This document shows, piece after piece, positions 46,098 to 55,135 of a stretch of DNA of 64,000 nt (positions are counted from its first letter, which is position 1; each line of letters opens with the position of its first letter). The position numbers were made by a program, and so were the translations under genes. The DNA is taken from NCBI GenBank assembly GCA_963665125.2, contig CAXXUK010000001.1, positions 2,368,001 through 2,432,000 on the forward strand, read 5' to 3'. The notes under the pieces were generated by a model that saw nothing but the letters and a program-made list of their open reading frames with translations, made no database searches and had not been told where the DNA came from. This DNA comes from an uncultured Desulfarculus sp. Its GTDB lineage: Bacteria; Desulfobacterota; Desulfarculia; Desulfarculales; Desulfarculaceae.

Positions 46098-47234
46098 ATG
46101 ACCGACAGAGGCCAAAAAATCATCCAGCGGGCGCTTGGCGCCGATCAATTGCCCAGCCTTTCCCCGATCGCGGTGAGCCTGTTGAACATGGCTTCCAATG
46201 AAGACGCCTCGGTGCGGGATCTGGCAGCCCTTATCCAGCAGGAGCCCAGCCTGACCATGCGGTTGTTGCGCATGGCCAATTCCGCGGCATATCGCCGGAG
46301 CGAAGACGACATCACCAGCGTGGAACGGGCCATGGTGCTGATGGGCTTGGCCGAAGTGAGGGTCATTGCCTTGTCGATGTGCATCAAGGATGCCCTTCCC
46401 ACCGATTGCGGCGCCATCGACTATCCCCTGTTCTGGCGCACCAGCATGCACCGGGCCATCATCGCCCGTCAGGGAGCCGTCAAATTGGGGCTGCCAAGCC
46501 CGGAAGAGGCCTTTGTGGCCGGTCTGATCATGGAGATGGGCCTGCCGCTGATGATGCGGGTGCTCACCGACCAGGAGGCCGCCGATTACCTGGGCGTCAA
46601 CAAATCCCTGCGGGACCAGATCGTCTGGCAGCACAATCACCTGGGCATAGACCACCGCCAGGTGGGCCGGGCGGTTTTCGAGGCCTGGGCTTTGCCCAAA
46701 ACATTGGTGGACTGCCAACGGATCATCCCGTCTTTCTCCGAAGCGCCCGCGCCGGATCTAATCAAGCTTTGCGATTTCGCCCGGCGGGCCGCCGAGTCGT
46801 TTTTCGCGCCCGAGACCGATCTGGACCAAGTTCACGAGGTGGCCAGGCTCCGCTTTGGCTGGCAAGACGAGGAAGTGAACCAGCTTTTGTTCGATTCTCT
46901 GACCTTGGTGGGTGAAGCGTCCGAGGCCATGGAGGTGGATCTCGACACCGAACAGGAGATGCACCTGGCCCTGGAAAAGGCCCATGCGGCGGTCATCAGG
47001 CTGCGGGCCGAGCTTGCCCAACAGCTGCGGACCGATGATGACGCCTCCTCGCGGCGCAAGGCCCTTGGCGCCATGCGGGGCCCTCTCAAAGGGCTCGGCG
47101 GACTGATACGCAAACTGGCCGGGGCCATTACCGGCGATGATTCGGAAAAAAAAGAAAGAGAAATCCGCGAGGAGATCGACCGCCTGAATCAGACCCTGAT
47201 CCAAATCGAAGCGGCCCTGGACAACGGCGGCTAG
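46098..47234 (+). CDS. HDOD domain protein
   Basis: LPSLSP, EPSLTMRLLRMANSA, FW..S...A, AFVAGL, GIDH.QVG....W.LP. Confidence 0.9.
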   Translation: MTDRGQKIIQRALGADQLPSLSPIAVSLLNMASNEDASVRDLAALIQQEPSLTMRLLRMANSAAYRRSEDDITSVERAMVLMGLAEVRVIALSMCIKDALPTDCGAIDYPLFWRTSMHRAIIARQGAVKLGLPSPEEAFVAGLIMEMGLPLMMRVLTDQEAADYLGVNKSLRDQIVWQHNHLGIDHRQVGRAVFEAWALPKTLVDCQRIIPSFSEAPAPDLIKLCDFARRAAESFFAPETDLDQVHEVARLRFGWQDEEVNQLLFDSLTLVGEASEAMEVDLDTEQEMHLALEKAHAAVIRLRAELAQQLRTDDDASSRRKALGAMRGPLKGLGGLIRKLAGAITGDDSEKKEREIREEIDRLNQTLIQIEAALDNGG

Positions 47235-48085
47235 CCCACCTGGAAATACTCCAGTTCCGGACCAGCCAAATCCACGTGCAACATGCGACCCGACGGCATG
47301 GCGGGCCATCCGGCCAGCAGCTTGACGGCCTCCATCACCTGCAACGAGGCCACCAGGGCAGGCGTGCTGGTGGGCACGCCCAGGTCCGTTTCCGCGGATT
47401 TGGCCTTTTCCGGCGGCGTTTGGCCATAGATATCCCGCAGGCCCGGCCCTCCCGGATGAACGACCATTACCATGCCTTCCATTCCGGCTATGGCTCCGTG
47501 GATATAGGGAATGTCCATTTTCCGTGCGGCTGTTTCCAGGTCGTAGCGGCTCTTGTGGTTGTCCAGGCAATCCAGGGCCACGTCGCATCCTTCCAAAATC
47601 GCCGGAAGAGTCTCGGCATCGGCCCATTGGACAAAGGCCTTGGCCTTTGTGGCCGGATTGATCCGGCCCACGGCGCCGGCGGCCACCTCGGCCTTATTAC
47701 GTCCGACAGTGTCCAGCGCCGCCAAAGCCTGGCGATTGAAGTTGCTTTGCTCGAACACGTCGGCGTCGCACAGATGCAGCCGTCCCACGCCCCAACGGGC
47801 CAGTTGCAGGCTGCACCAGCCGCCCAGGCCGCCGCAGCCGATGACCGCCGCCCCGGACTGCAAAAGCCTGATCTGGGCCCCGGCGTCCACCGTGCCCGCC
47901 CCGGCCCGGAATCGTTCCGGCCAGACGCCGTCTTCCAGACAGGCGATCATGGCCCGCCGCAGGCTCAGGCCGCGGGTCTTGGCCCACCTGGCGATGACCA
48001 GGTCGGTGGCGGCAAGCAGTTCCCCGCCGCCGGGTCCGCTGACGCGGAGCAGATCGGCATCCAGTTCGTTTCGCGGTCCGGCCAT
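47231..48085 (-). CDS. ThiF/MoeB-family E1-like adenylyltransferase
   Basis: IGCGGLG, D.DVFEQSNFNRQ, K, DCLDN; N-terminal extension with PERF. Confidence 0.9.
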   Translation of the reverse strand: MAGPRNELDADLLRVSGPGGGELLAATDLVIARWAKTRGLSLRRAMIACLEDGVWPERFRAGAGTVDAGAQIRLLQSGAAVIGCGGLGGWCSLQLARWGVGRLHLCDADVFEQSNFNRQALAALDTVGRNKAEVAAGAVGRINPATKAKAFVQWADAETLPAILEGCDVALDCLDNHKSRYDLETAARKMDIPYIHGAIAGMEGMVMVVHPGGPGLRDIYGQTPPEKAKSAETDLGVPTSTPALVASLQVMEAVKLLAGWPAMPSGRMLHVDLAGPELEYFQVG

Positions 48086-48324
48086 TATCCGCCTCCCACC
48101 GGCGGAAACAGGCCCAGCCTGTCGCCATCGGCAACCGGGGCGTCCAGGGTGGCCGCCCGTCCGTTGAGCAGGATTATCTTGATTTCATCCGCCGGGACCC
48201 CGATGCGCCGGACCAGGCCGCCTACCGTTTCGAGGCCGTCCGGTTCGATCAACAGACCGGCCATGGGATCGTAATCCGGCACATGAGCCCGCAGGGTGGC
48301 GCTGAGTTTGACCAGAACAGCCAC
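48085..48324 (-). CDS. MoaD/ThiS sulfur carrier protein
   Basis: 79 aa ending DGDRLGLFPPVGGG. Confidence 0.92.
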   Translation of the reverse strand: MAVLVKLSATLRAHVPDYDPMAGLLIEPDGLETVGGLVRRIGVPADEIKIILLNGRAATLDAPVADGDRLGLFPPVGGG

Positions 48325-48334
48325 GCCGGGCTTC

Positions 48335-48808
48335 CTAGTCCAGGAACTTGGGCGGCAAGCCGTTTTGGCCCTGGATGGCCATGTCCGGCATCACCACCAG
48401 CGTCGAAGTGCCGTGAGCCAGGATGCGCTGGTCCGCGTCATACACGGTGGCCTCGGACAGGCCCATGGTTTTGCCCAGCTTGATGCATTTGCCGTGGGCG
48501 GCGACCGTTCCATTGACCACCGGCGCCAAATAGTTGAGCTTGATCTCGGCGGTGGTCATGCCCTGGCCGTCGGGAAGCTGGCTGAAGCAGGACCAAAAGC
48601 AGGCGGCGTCGATGAGGCTGGCCAACACCCCGCCATGGACGATGCCGAAGGGCTGCAAATGTTTGCGTTGGAGCACGATCTCCAGCTTTGCCGTACCCCA
48701 GCCCAAATCCTGGAGATCCATGGATTGCAGTTCGAAGTACGGACAAGGGTTGATCTTGCTGCGGGTCAGTTCCACCCATTGGGGATTGAGTTTTCTAGGA
48801 GCGTCCAT
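48335..48808 (-). CDS. PaaI-family thioesterase
   Basis: HLQPFGIVHGGVLASLID hotdog motif. Confidence 0.9.
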   Translation of the reverse strand: MDAPRKLNPQWVELTRSKINPCPYFELQSMDLQDLGWGTAKLEIVLQRKHLQPFGIVHGGVLASLIDAACFWSCFSQLPDGQGMTTAEIKLNYLAPVVNGTVAAHGKCIKLGKTMGLSEATVYDADQRILAHGTSTLVVMPDMAIQGQNGLPPKFLD

Positions 48809-49416
48809 CAGTCCTCTACGATGATCATAAGGCGTCCGGCCCGGTCGCCGCCCCGCAGGGCGCCGATCATGGCCTTGGCCGTGTCGCCGACCATGTCCTG
48901 CACGAAATCCTTCATGGGCAGCCGCTTGCCGCCCAAAAACACCCGGACCTTTGACGGCTCGCCGGCGGGCATCATCTCGGCCAGTATGAAATCGGCCACC
49001 CGGGCGGGATCAAGAGGCAGGGTCTTGAAGCCGGGAACATCGGCCCGCCCTGTCACCACGGCCTTGAGGCCGGGATCATCGGCAAGCTCTGGATTAGCGC
49101 CCTGGGGCAGATATTCCAGCTTGGCCCGCTTAACGCCTTGGTGGATCTCGCTGATGACGATGTCGGCGTCATCCAGGAATCTGGCCGCCAGCTCTTCGAT
49201 GCTCATGCCGGGGTCCTTGCGCAGCTCCAGGCGCAGGCCCGCCGGGGCCAGGTCAATGGTCAACCCGCCCGGCGCGGCGCTTTCCAAGAGCCGCACAAAG
49301 CCCACCGCCAGGCCGCGAGATTCCAGTTCCACGGCCAATGATTCCATTAATTTTGTCTTGTTTTCACCGCCGGGCCCGGCCAGGCAAATCACGTGGGTCA
49401 CCTCAGCCCTCCGCAT
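48808..49416 (-). CDS. MobB-like protein with degenerate P-loop
   Basis: GPGGENKTKLME.L..EL..RG..VG, DADIVISE, C-terminal G.RLPMKDFVQD domain. Confidence 0.65.
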   Translation of the reverse strand: MRRAEVTHVICLAGPGGENKTKLMESLAVELESRGLAVGFVRLLESAAPGGLTIDLAPAGLRLELRKDPGMSIEELAARFLDDADIVISEIHQGVKRAKLEYLPQGANPELADDPGLKAVVTGRADVPGFKTLPLDPARVADFILAEMMPAGEPSKVRVFLGGKRLPMKDFVQDMVGDTAKAMIGALRGGDRAGRLMIIVED

Positions 49417-49774
49417 CCTGATCTTGTTTTTGATTACACACTTTTTGCATCAGGGAGACCATCGGCAATCCCGCTTCCGATAAATATTTCTCAGCGTCTT
49501 CCCGCAGGGTTTCAAACTGCCGGATGATGCTTTCGGCCAGCGGAGTAAGCTGTACGGCCCTGCGGCCGGCGTCGCTGCGTTCCACAAGGGCGCAGCCCAT
49601 GCGTTCTTCCGAGGCCTTGATCCGGCCCCAGGCCGCCCGGTAGCTCATATTCAGTTCACGGGCCGCCCCGGCCAAGGAGCCTGTCTCGGCCACTGCCTTG
49701 AGCAGCTGCAACCGACCGTCGCCAAACAGGACATGTTCATCATCTTCCAACCAAATTTTCATCTTCAGGCGCAA
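49403..49774 (-). CDS. ModE N-terminal winged-helix regulator (no Mop domains)
   Basis: FGDGR..LL.AV.ETGSL..AA..L.MSYRAAWG.I. Confidence 0.9.
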   Translation of the reverse strand: MRLKMKIWLEDDEHVLFGDGRLQLLKAVAETGSLAGAARELNMSYRAAWGRIKASEERMGCALVERSDAGRRAVQLTPLAESIIRQFETLREDAEKYLSEAGLPMVSLMQKVCNQKQDQDAEG

Positions 49775-49944
49775 AACCGCCTCCTAACCAGTAATATTTT
49801 CACATATACCAATAAACTACAGCACCACCGCGGGGGCCTGTCAAATACTATCATCACGGGTCCCGGCACGGGCAATACCCCAAAATAACACTGACATTGT
49901 TTTTTTCCCCCTACCCCGCTTGACAGGCAGGCGGTCCGGTACTA

Positions 49945-49968
49945 TGTTTTGAGCAATTGCACAAAACA
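49945..49968. promoter_or_regulatory. 24-bp near-perfect palindrome upstream of the nifX-like gene
   Basis: TGTTTTGAGCAATTGCACAAAACA with one mismatched pair, adjoining TTGACA(49920)-N17-TATGTT. Confidence 0.68.
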
Positions 49969-50006
49969 ACCCAAATATGGTTGCACATTAAAGAGGAGAC
50001 ACACAA

Positions 50007-50393
50007 ATGAAAGTTGCGGTTCCCAGCATGGCTCCCGGCGGCATCGAAGCCCCGCTCAGCGGCCACTTTGGTCATTGCGACGCCTTTACCTTGTTGGAAG
50101 TTGAAGACGGCAAGGTTACCGACATCAAGATCCTGCCCAATGAAGGCCACGTTCAAGGCGGTTGCATGGCTCCGGTAATGCTGCTCAAAAACGCCGGTGT
50201 CGACGTACTGTTGGCCGGCGGCATGGGCGCGCGTCCCTTGGCCGGTTTCCAGCAGGTGGGCATAGACGTCTACTTCTGGGGCGACGCCATGACCGTTGAC
50301 AGGGCTATCGGCATGTTCGCCAGCGGCCAAGCGCCAAAATTCGGTCCGGCCCAGGTCTGCGGCGGAGGCGGCGGAGGCTGCGGCGGTCATTAA
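50007..50393 (+). CDS. NifB/NifX-family (IssA-like) cofactor-binding protein
   Basis: MKVAVP, HFGHC..F, GGMG.RP, Gly/Cys-rich C-terminal tail. Confidence 0.9.
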   Translation: MKVAVPSMAPGGIEAPLSGHFGHCDAFTLLEVEDGKVTDIKILPNEGHVQGGCMAPVMLLKNAGVDVLLAGGMGARPLAGFQQVGIDVYFWGDAMTVDRAIGMFASGQAPKFGPAQVCGGGGGGCGGH

Positions 50394-50437
50394 GCCGCCG
50401 GCATAATCATCTCCAAAGCACCCTGCGGCAAAAGCCA

Positions 50438-50468
50438 CGCCCCCGTAAGCGCAATCGCTACGGGGGCG
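50438..50468. terminator. Hairpin between convergent genes
   Basis: CGCCCCCGTA...TACGGGGGCG. Confidence 0.5.
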
Positions 50469-50508
50469 CCGCTGTTTGGCCATGGCGGTCAACCGCCGAC
50501 CGCGTTTT

Positions 50509-51132
50509 TTAGTCGTGCCAAAGGTCCACCATGTCCAACAACCGCTTGAGGCGGTCGCCGGCGCACTGAGCCAGCACCTGCAACTCCGGCGCATCGGCCA
50601 GCTTTTCGGCCAGGGTGTTTATTTCGGCCAGGGCGCCCTCCACCGGCCCCTGGACCTCCTTGGTCACCAGATCGACAAAGCGGCGCTTGGCCTTGTTTCT
50701 TTCTTCGGCCAGGCGGCTGTTATGCAACAACAACTTGCGGTGTTCCACGGCGCGCAGCGCCACGCTTCGCAGTTCATCGGGCGTGAACGGCTTGGGCAGG
50801 AAATCGAACGCCCCGTGCCGCAGGGCCGTAAGGGCGGCGCTCACCGTGGCGTAGGCCGTCATTACGACCTTTACCGTACCCGGCGACTTTTCATTGAACT
50901 CATCCATGATGGCCATGCCGGGCATACCGGGCAACATGAAGTCAATGAAAGCGACATCCGGCTTTCCGGACTGGATCATATGTACGGCTTCTTGTCCCGA
51001 AGCCGCCGTTGTCACTTGATATCCCTCGCGGCGTAAAACCTCGCTGCACGCTTGGCACAAGGTTTCCTCATCATCAACGACCAGAATTCTTACATCCTCG
51101 GGCAACTGTAGATAGGTGGAAGACTCAGACAT
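50509..51132 (-). CDS. Response regulator with degenerate HisKA-like C-terminus
   Basis: ILVVDDE, IDFMLPG, FLPKPF; tail FVDLVTKEVQGPV. Confidence 0.85.
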   Translation of the reverse strand: MSESSTYLQLPEDVRILVVDDEETLCQACSEVLRREGYQVTTAASGQEAVHMIQSGKPDVAFIDFMLPGMPGMAIMDEFNEKSPGTVKVVMTAYATVSAALTALRHGAFDFLPKPFTPDELRSVALRAVEHRKLLLHNSRLAEERNKAKRRFVDLVTKEVQGPVEGALAEINTLAEKLADAPELQVLAQCAGDRLKRLLDMVDLWHD

Positions 51133-51246
51133 CACAACCTCCCCGGCCTGGGCAAACGGACTTAATGGCACGTTGTTTTTTCATGCCCATATATTATGAT
51201 TCTGCGCCGATTTTTAGATTGCGGTCAAGGGTGGGAGGGAAAAGCG

Positions 51247-52626
51247 TCAGGTATTGTCGCCGAACTCCGCCTCGAGATCATACTTGCGGATCTTGCCGCG
51301 CAGGGTCTTGCGGTCGATGCCCAGGGCCTTGGCCGTATCGCCCTTGCGGCCGCCGAACCTGCGTAGGGTGTTCTCGATATGCCGCCTTTCCAGCTCGGCC
51401 AAGGAGGCCACCTCTCCGCTGTCATCGCCGCCGCCCGTTGCCGGCGAGCTGACGTTCATGTCCTCGACGCTGATCAATTGGCCGCGGGCCAACACAGCCA
51501 GCCGCTGGACCGTATTCTCCAATTCCCGGACATTGCCGGGCCAGCTATGGCGGGTCAGCATTTCCATGGCCTTGGGCTCGAAGCCCCTAACCCTGGCCGG
51601 GCTGCGGTAGCGATAGCGGTCCAGGAAAAACTCGGCGAGGATGGGGACATCCTCGGGCCGCTTGCGTAGCGGCGGCATCTCGATATAGACGACGTTGAGG
51701 CGGTAAAAAAGGTCTTGCCGGAAGGTGCCGTCGGCCACGGCCACCGACAGATCCTGGTTGGTGGCGGCGATCATCCTGGTGTCCACCGAAATGACCCGGT
51801 TGCTGCCCACCCGGCAGACGGCCCGGTCTTCAACGGCCTTGAGGAGCTTTGCCTGAATCTCCAGACTGATGTTGGCCACCTCGTCAAAAAACAGCGTGCC
51901 TCCGTCGGCCAGCTCGAACTTGCCCATCTTGTCGGCCTCGGCCCCGGTGAACGAGCCTTTAGAGTGGCCGAAAAGCTCGGATTCGAACAGCGTCGGCACC
52001 AAAGTCGAGCAGTCCACCGAGACAAACGGCGCGCTTCGGCGGCTCGACATCTCGTGGATCATCCGGGCCAGCAGACCCTTGCCCGTGCCGCTCTCGCCGG
52101 TCAACAGCACCGTGGCGTCGGATGGGGCGACCCGGCGGGCGATCTCCATGACCTGTTCCATTACCGGGGAGCGGTAGACTATCTTGGTGGGGGTTCGCCG
52201 CTTTATCTCTTCGCGCAGGTAGGCGTTTTCCAGGATGAGCTGCCGCTTTTCCCTGGCCTTTTCCACGGCGCCGCGCAGGCGGTCGGGCGTAAAAGGCTTG
52301 CTGACAAAGTCAAAGGCGCCAACCTTCATCGCCTCCACGGCGCGCTCTATGGAGCCGTGGCCGCTGATGATGATCACCACTGCCTGGGGGTCTTGTTTGA
52401 TGATCCGCCTGAGCACGGTCATGCCGTCCACATCGGGCATGCGCAGGTCCAGCAGAATCAGGTCAAAGGCGAATTTGCCCAGCAAAGACAGGCCCCTCTG
52501 GCCGTTTTCCGCCATTTCAACGCTATGGCCCTGGCGGTGCAATATCTCGCCGCTGGCGTCGCGCATCGCCGGATCATCATCGATCACCAATATTTTCATT
52601 TGGTTGGAAACCAAAATCCACCTCAT
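51247..52626 (-). CDS. Sigma54-dependent response regulator (NtrC family)
   Basis: Receiver, GESGTGKG, GSFTGA, WPGNVRELEN, Fis HTH. Confidence 0.95.
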   Translation of the reverse strand: MRWILVSNQMKILVIDDDPAMRDASGEILHRQGHSVEMAENGQRGLSLLGKFAFDLILLDLRMPDVDGMTVLRRIIKQDPQAVVIIISGHGSIERAVEAMKVGAFDFVSKPFTPDRLRGAVEKAREKRQLILENAYLREEIKRRTPTKIVYRSPVMEQVMEIARRVAPSDATVLLTGESGTGKGLLARMIHEMSSRRSAPFVSVDCSTLVPTLFESELFGHSKGSFTGAEADKMGKFELADGGTLFFDEVANISLEIQAKLLKAVEDRAVCRVGSNRVISVDTRMIAATNQDLSVAVADGTFRQDLFYRLNVVYIEMPPLRKRPEDVPILAEFFLDRYRYRSPARVRGFEPKAMEMLTRHSWPGNVRELENTVQRLAVLARGQLISVEDMNVSSPATGGGDDSGEVASLAELERRHIENTLRRFGGRKGDTAKALGIDRKTLRGKIRKYDLEAEFGDNT

Positions 52627-52761
52627 AAATTTGCACTATTTTTAACATAATCCCGGTCCGGCGCGCAAGTTAAGTGGTTGTTAAATCCAGCCGTTGACTA
52701 AAAGGTGGTTTGGTAATAGGTTTGTGCCAATTGTTGCCAAATACATGAGAGAGACCGGACA

Positions 52762-54114
52762 ATGCGCCCAACATCAACGGCTTTGCACACAGACTTTTAC
52801 CAGATCACCATGGCCGCCTCATACTACGACAACGGCTACAACGGCCAGGCCACCTTCAGCCTGTTTTCCCATGACGTACCCTCTTGCCGCGGCTATCTGG
52901 TGAACGCCGGTCTGGAATATTGCCTCGACTACCTGCGGGACTTTCATTTTACGGCCGAGGAGATCGACTACCTGCGTTCTCTGAACCGTTTCCAGCCGGA
53001 GTTTCTTGATTATCTGGCCAAGATCCGCTTCACCGGCGATGTATGGGCCGCTCCGGAGGGCTCCGTCTTTTTTGCCGGCGAACCCGTGTTGGAAGTCACC
53101 GCCCCGCTTATTGAAGCGCAACTGGTGGAAACATACCTCATCAACACAATCAACCTGCATTCCACCCTGGCCAGCAAGGCCGCCCGCTGCTATCAGGCAG
53201 CCCAGGGCCGCACCTGCGTGGATTTCAGCCTGCGCCGCACCATGGGCCTAGACGCCGGTTTCGCCGCGGCCCGGTCTTCGGCCATCACCGGTTTCACCGG
53301 CACCAGCAACGTCGCCGCGGCCATGGCCCTGGATATGACCCCGGTGGGCACCATGGCCCACGCCTTTGTGGAGGCCATCGGCGACGAGGAAGAGTCGTTC
53401 CGCTGCTTTGCCAAAACTTTCCCGGACCACACCGTTCTTCTGGTCGACACCTACGACAGCGAAGAAGGCATCCACAGGGCGGTGCATGTGGCCAAGGAAC
53501 TGGCCAAACAGGGCCACACCATGATCGGCGTACGCCTGGATTCCGGCGATCTGGTGAAAATGAGCCGTAGGGCCAGGGCCATCCTGGATGACGCCGGGCT
53601 GCCGGAAGCCAAGGTTGTCGTCTCCGGCAGCCTGGATGAAATGCGCATCGCCGAACTGGCCGAAGCCAAGGCCGATATCGACATGCTGGGCATCGGCACC
53701 AAAATGGGCTCTTCGGCCGACCAGCCCTACATCGACCTGGCCTACAAGCTAGTGCTCTACGACGGCCGCCCTACCCTTAAGCTGAGCACGGGCAAGGTGA
53801 CCTGGGCCTCGGCCAAGCAGCTTTGGCGCAGCTACGGGCCAAACGGCGTAATCTCCGGAGATGAGCTGTGCCTGCGCGAAGAGCAGCGAAACGGCAAGGC
53901 CATCTTGGGCCAGGTCATGAAAGACGGCAAGGATTACGGCCCCCGGGAGACCTGGCGGGAAGCCAGAGACCGCTTCATGTCCGAACTGGCCACCCTGCCC
54001 CGGCAGTGCCTGGACCTGCGCAATCCCCAGCCAATCCAATTGAGTGTCAGCCCCGCGTTGCAACAAGTCCAGGCCAGAGCCCGGGCGGCCGCCTTGGGCA
54101 ATGGCCATAATTGA
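52762..54114 (+). CDS. pncB: Nicotinate phosphoribosyltransferase
   Basis: TDFYQITM, DFSLRR, GTSNV, GTMAH, LVDTYD, GVRLDSGD, YKLV. Confidence 0.93.
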   Translation: MRPTSTALHTDFYQITMAASYYDNGYNGQATFSLFSHDVPSCRGYLVNAGLEYCLDYLRDFHFTAEEIDYLRSLNRFQPEFLDYLAKIRFTGDVWAAPEGSVFFAGEPVLEVTAPLIEAQLVETYLINTINLHSTLASKAARCYQAAQGRTCVDFSLRRTMGLDAGFAAARSSAITGFTGTSNVAAAMALDMTPVGTMAHAFVEAIGDEEESFRCFAKTFPDHTVLLVDTYDSEEGIHRAVHVAKELAKQGHTMIGVRLDSGDLVKMSRRARAILDDAGLPEAKVVVSGSLDEMRIAELAEAKADIDMLGIGTKMGSSADQPYIDLAYKLVLYDGRPTLKLSTGKVTWASAKQLWRSYGPNGVISGDELCLREEQRNGKAILGQVMKDGKDYGPRETWREARDRFMSELATLPRQCLDLRNPQPIQLSVSPALQQVQARARAAALGNGHN

Positions 54115-54147
54115 TTCCCACCCGCCACATTGTGCTACTCTGTATTT

Positions 54148-54245
54148 AGGACGGCTCCCCGACTTCGGGGAGCGCCCCTGGCGGTTCAAGCAGCCGTAGC
54201 GGCAGGACGAACCGCTGACGGAGTTCCACGGAGCAGACCGTCGCA
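54148..54245 (+). ncRNA. Putative structured 5' leader / cis-regulatory RNA, family unrecognised
   Basis: Extended -10 TGCTACTCT at 54133-54141; stems GACGG/CCGTC, GCTCCCCG/CGGGGAGC, GCGGTTC/GAACCGC, GCCG/CGGC. Confidence 0.5.
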
Positions 54246-54271
54246 AAAACGTCTTCAGCACGGAGGGCGGC

Positions 54272-55090
54272 ATGAGCATTATCACAGTATCCGGTGAAAT
54301 GGGATCGTTGCGCGATGAACTGGCCATCGAGATATGCAAGCGCAGCGGAATGGAGTGCGTGGACAGGCTGACCCTGATGGAAGCGGTGGAAGGCTTGGTG
54401 GACATCACCAGGGACGAGCACCAGCTCCTGGCCGAACAAGGGCCGGCCCTGTTGGACATGGGCACTCGCAAGAGACGCGTATTCAGCGCCTTCCTGGAGG
54501 CGGTCGTCCTTCAGTACGCCCAAAAGGGCGAAGTCGTCCTGGTGGGCCGGGGAGCCAACCTCCTGTTGCGCATGGTGCCGGGCGTACTCCGGCTGCGCAC
54601 GGTGGCGCCTCTGGAAATTCGCGCCAGCCGCCTGGCCCACAGCGACAATCTGGAATTGGACCGCGCGCGGCAACTGGCCACGGTGGTCGACCAGCAGCGG
54701 CGGGCCTATGTGGCGCATGTTTTCGGCTCGGATTGGTCGTCGGCCCTGAACTACGACATGGTGCTCAACATGGGCCGCCTGACCCTGGAACAGGCCGCGA
54801 CCACGGTGCTGGATCTGGCGGCGCATCCCGAATTCCAGATGTCTTCGGACAGCGAGAGGCTGCTCGGCGATATGGTCATGGCCGCCAAGGTGCGCCGGGC
54901 CATCGTAGCCGAAGTGGACATTCACGCCCTGGAGGTGGAATGCGCCGAAGGCAGGGTGCGGGTGGCCGGTTACGTGGCCAACCAGAACGACCAGATTCGG
55001 GCCCTGGAGGTCATTGCCGAAGTTGAAGATGTCGGCGAAATCGACTCGGTCATCGAAGTATCGCCGACCTTGATGAAGTTCCTACCCTAA
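54272..55090 (+). CDS. Cytidylate kinase-like protein with C-terminal BON domain
   Basis: IITVSGEMGS, VVLVGRGA, APLE.R..R, D..R..Y, YDMVLN; BON-like G.V.V.G.V tail. Confidence 0.85.
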   Translation: MSIITVSGEMGSLRDELAIEICKRSGMECVDRLTLMEAVEGLVDITRDEHQLLAEQGPALLDMGTRKRRVFSAFLEAVVLQYAQKGEVVLVGRGANLLLRMVPGVLRLRTVAPLEIRASRLAHSDNLELDRARQLATVVDQQRRAYVAHVFGSDWSSALNYDMVLNMGRLTLEQAATTVLDLAAHPEFQMSSDSERLLGDMVMAAKVRRAIVAEVDIHALEVECAEGRVRVAGYVANQNDQIRALEVIAEVEDVGEIDSVIEVSPTLMKFLP

Positions 55091-55135
55091 TTGACGCCGC
55101 AATAAGCCACGGGCCGCCCGTTGGCGGGCGGTCCG

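Noticed and set aside
51163..51182. TGGCACG as a sigma54 promoter
   Set aside because: No TTGC at -12 and it faces away from the local minus-strand genes.
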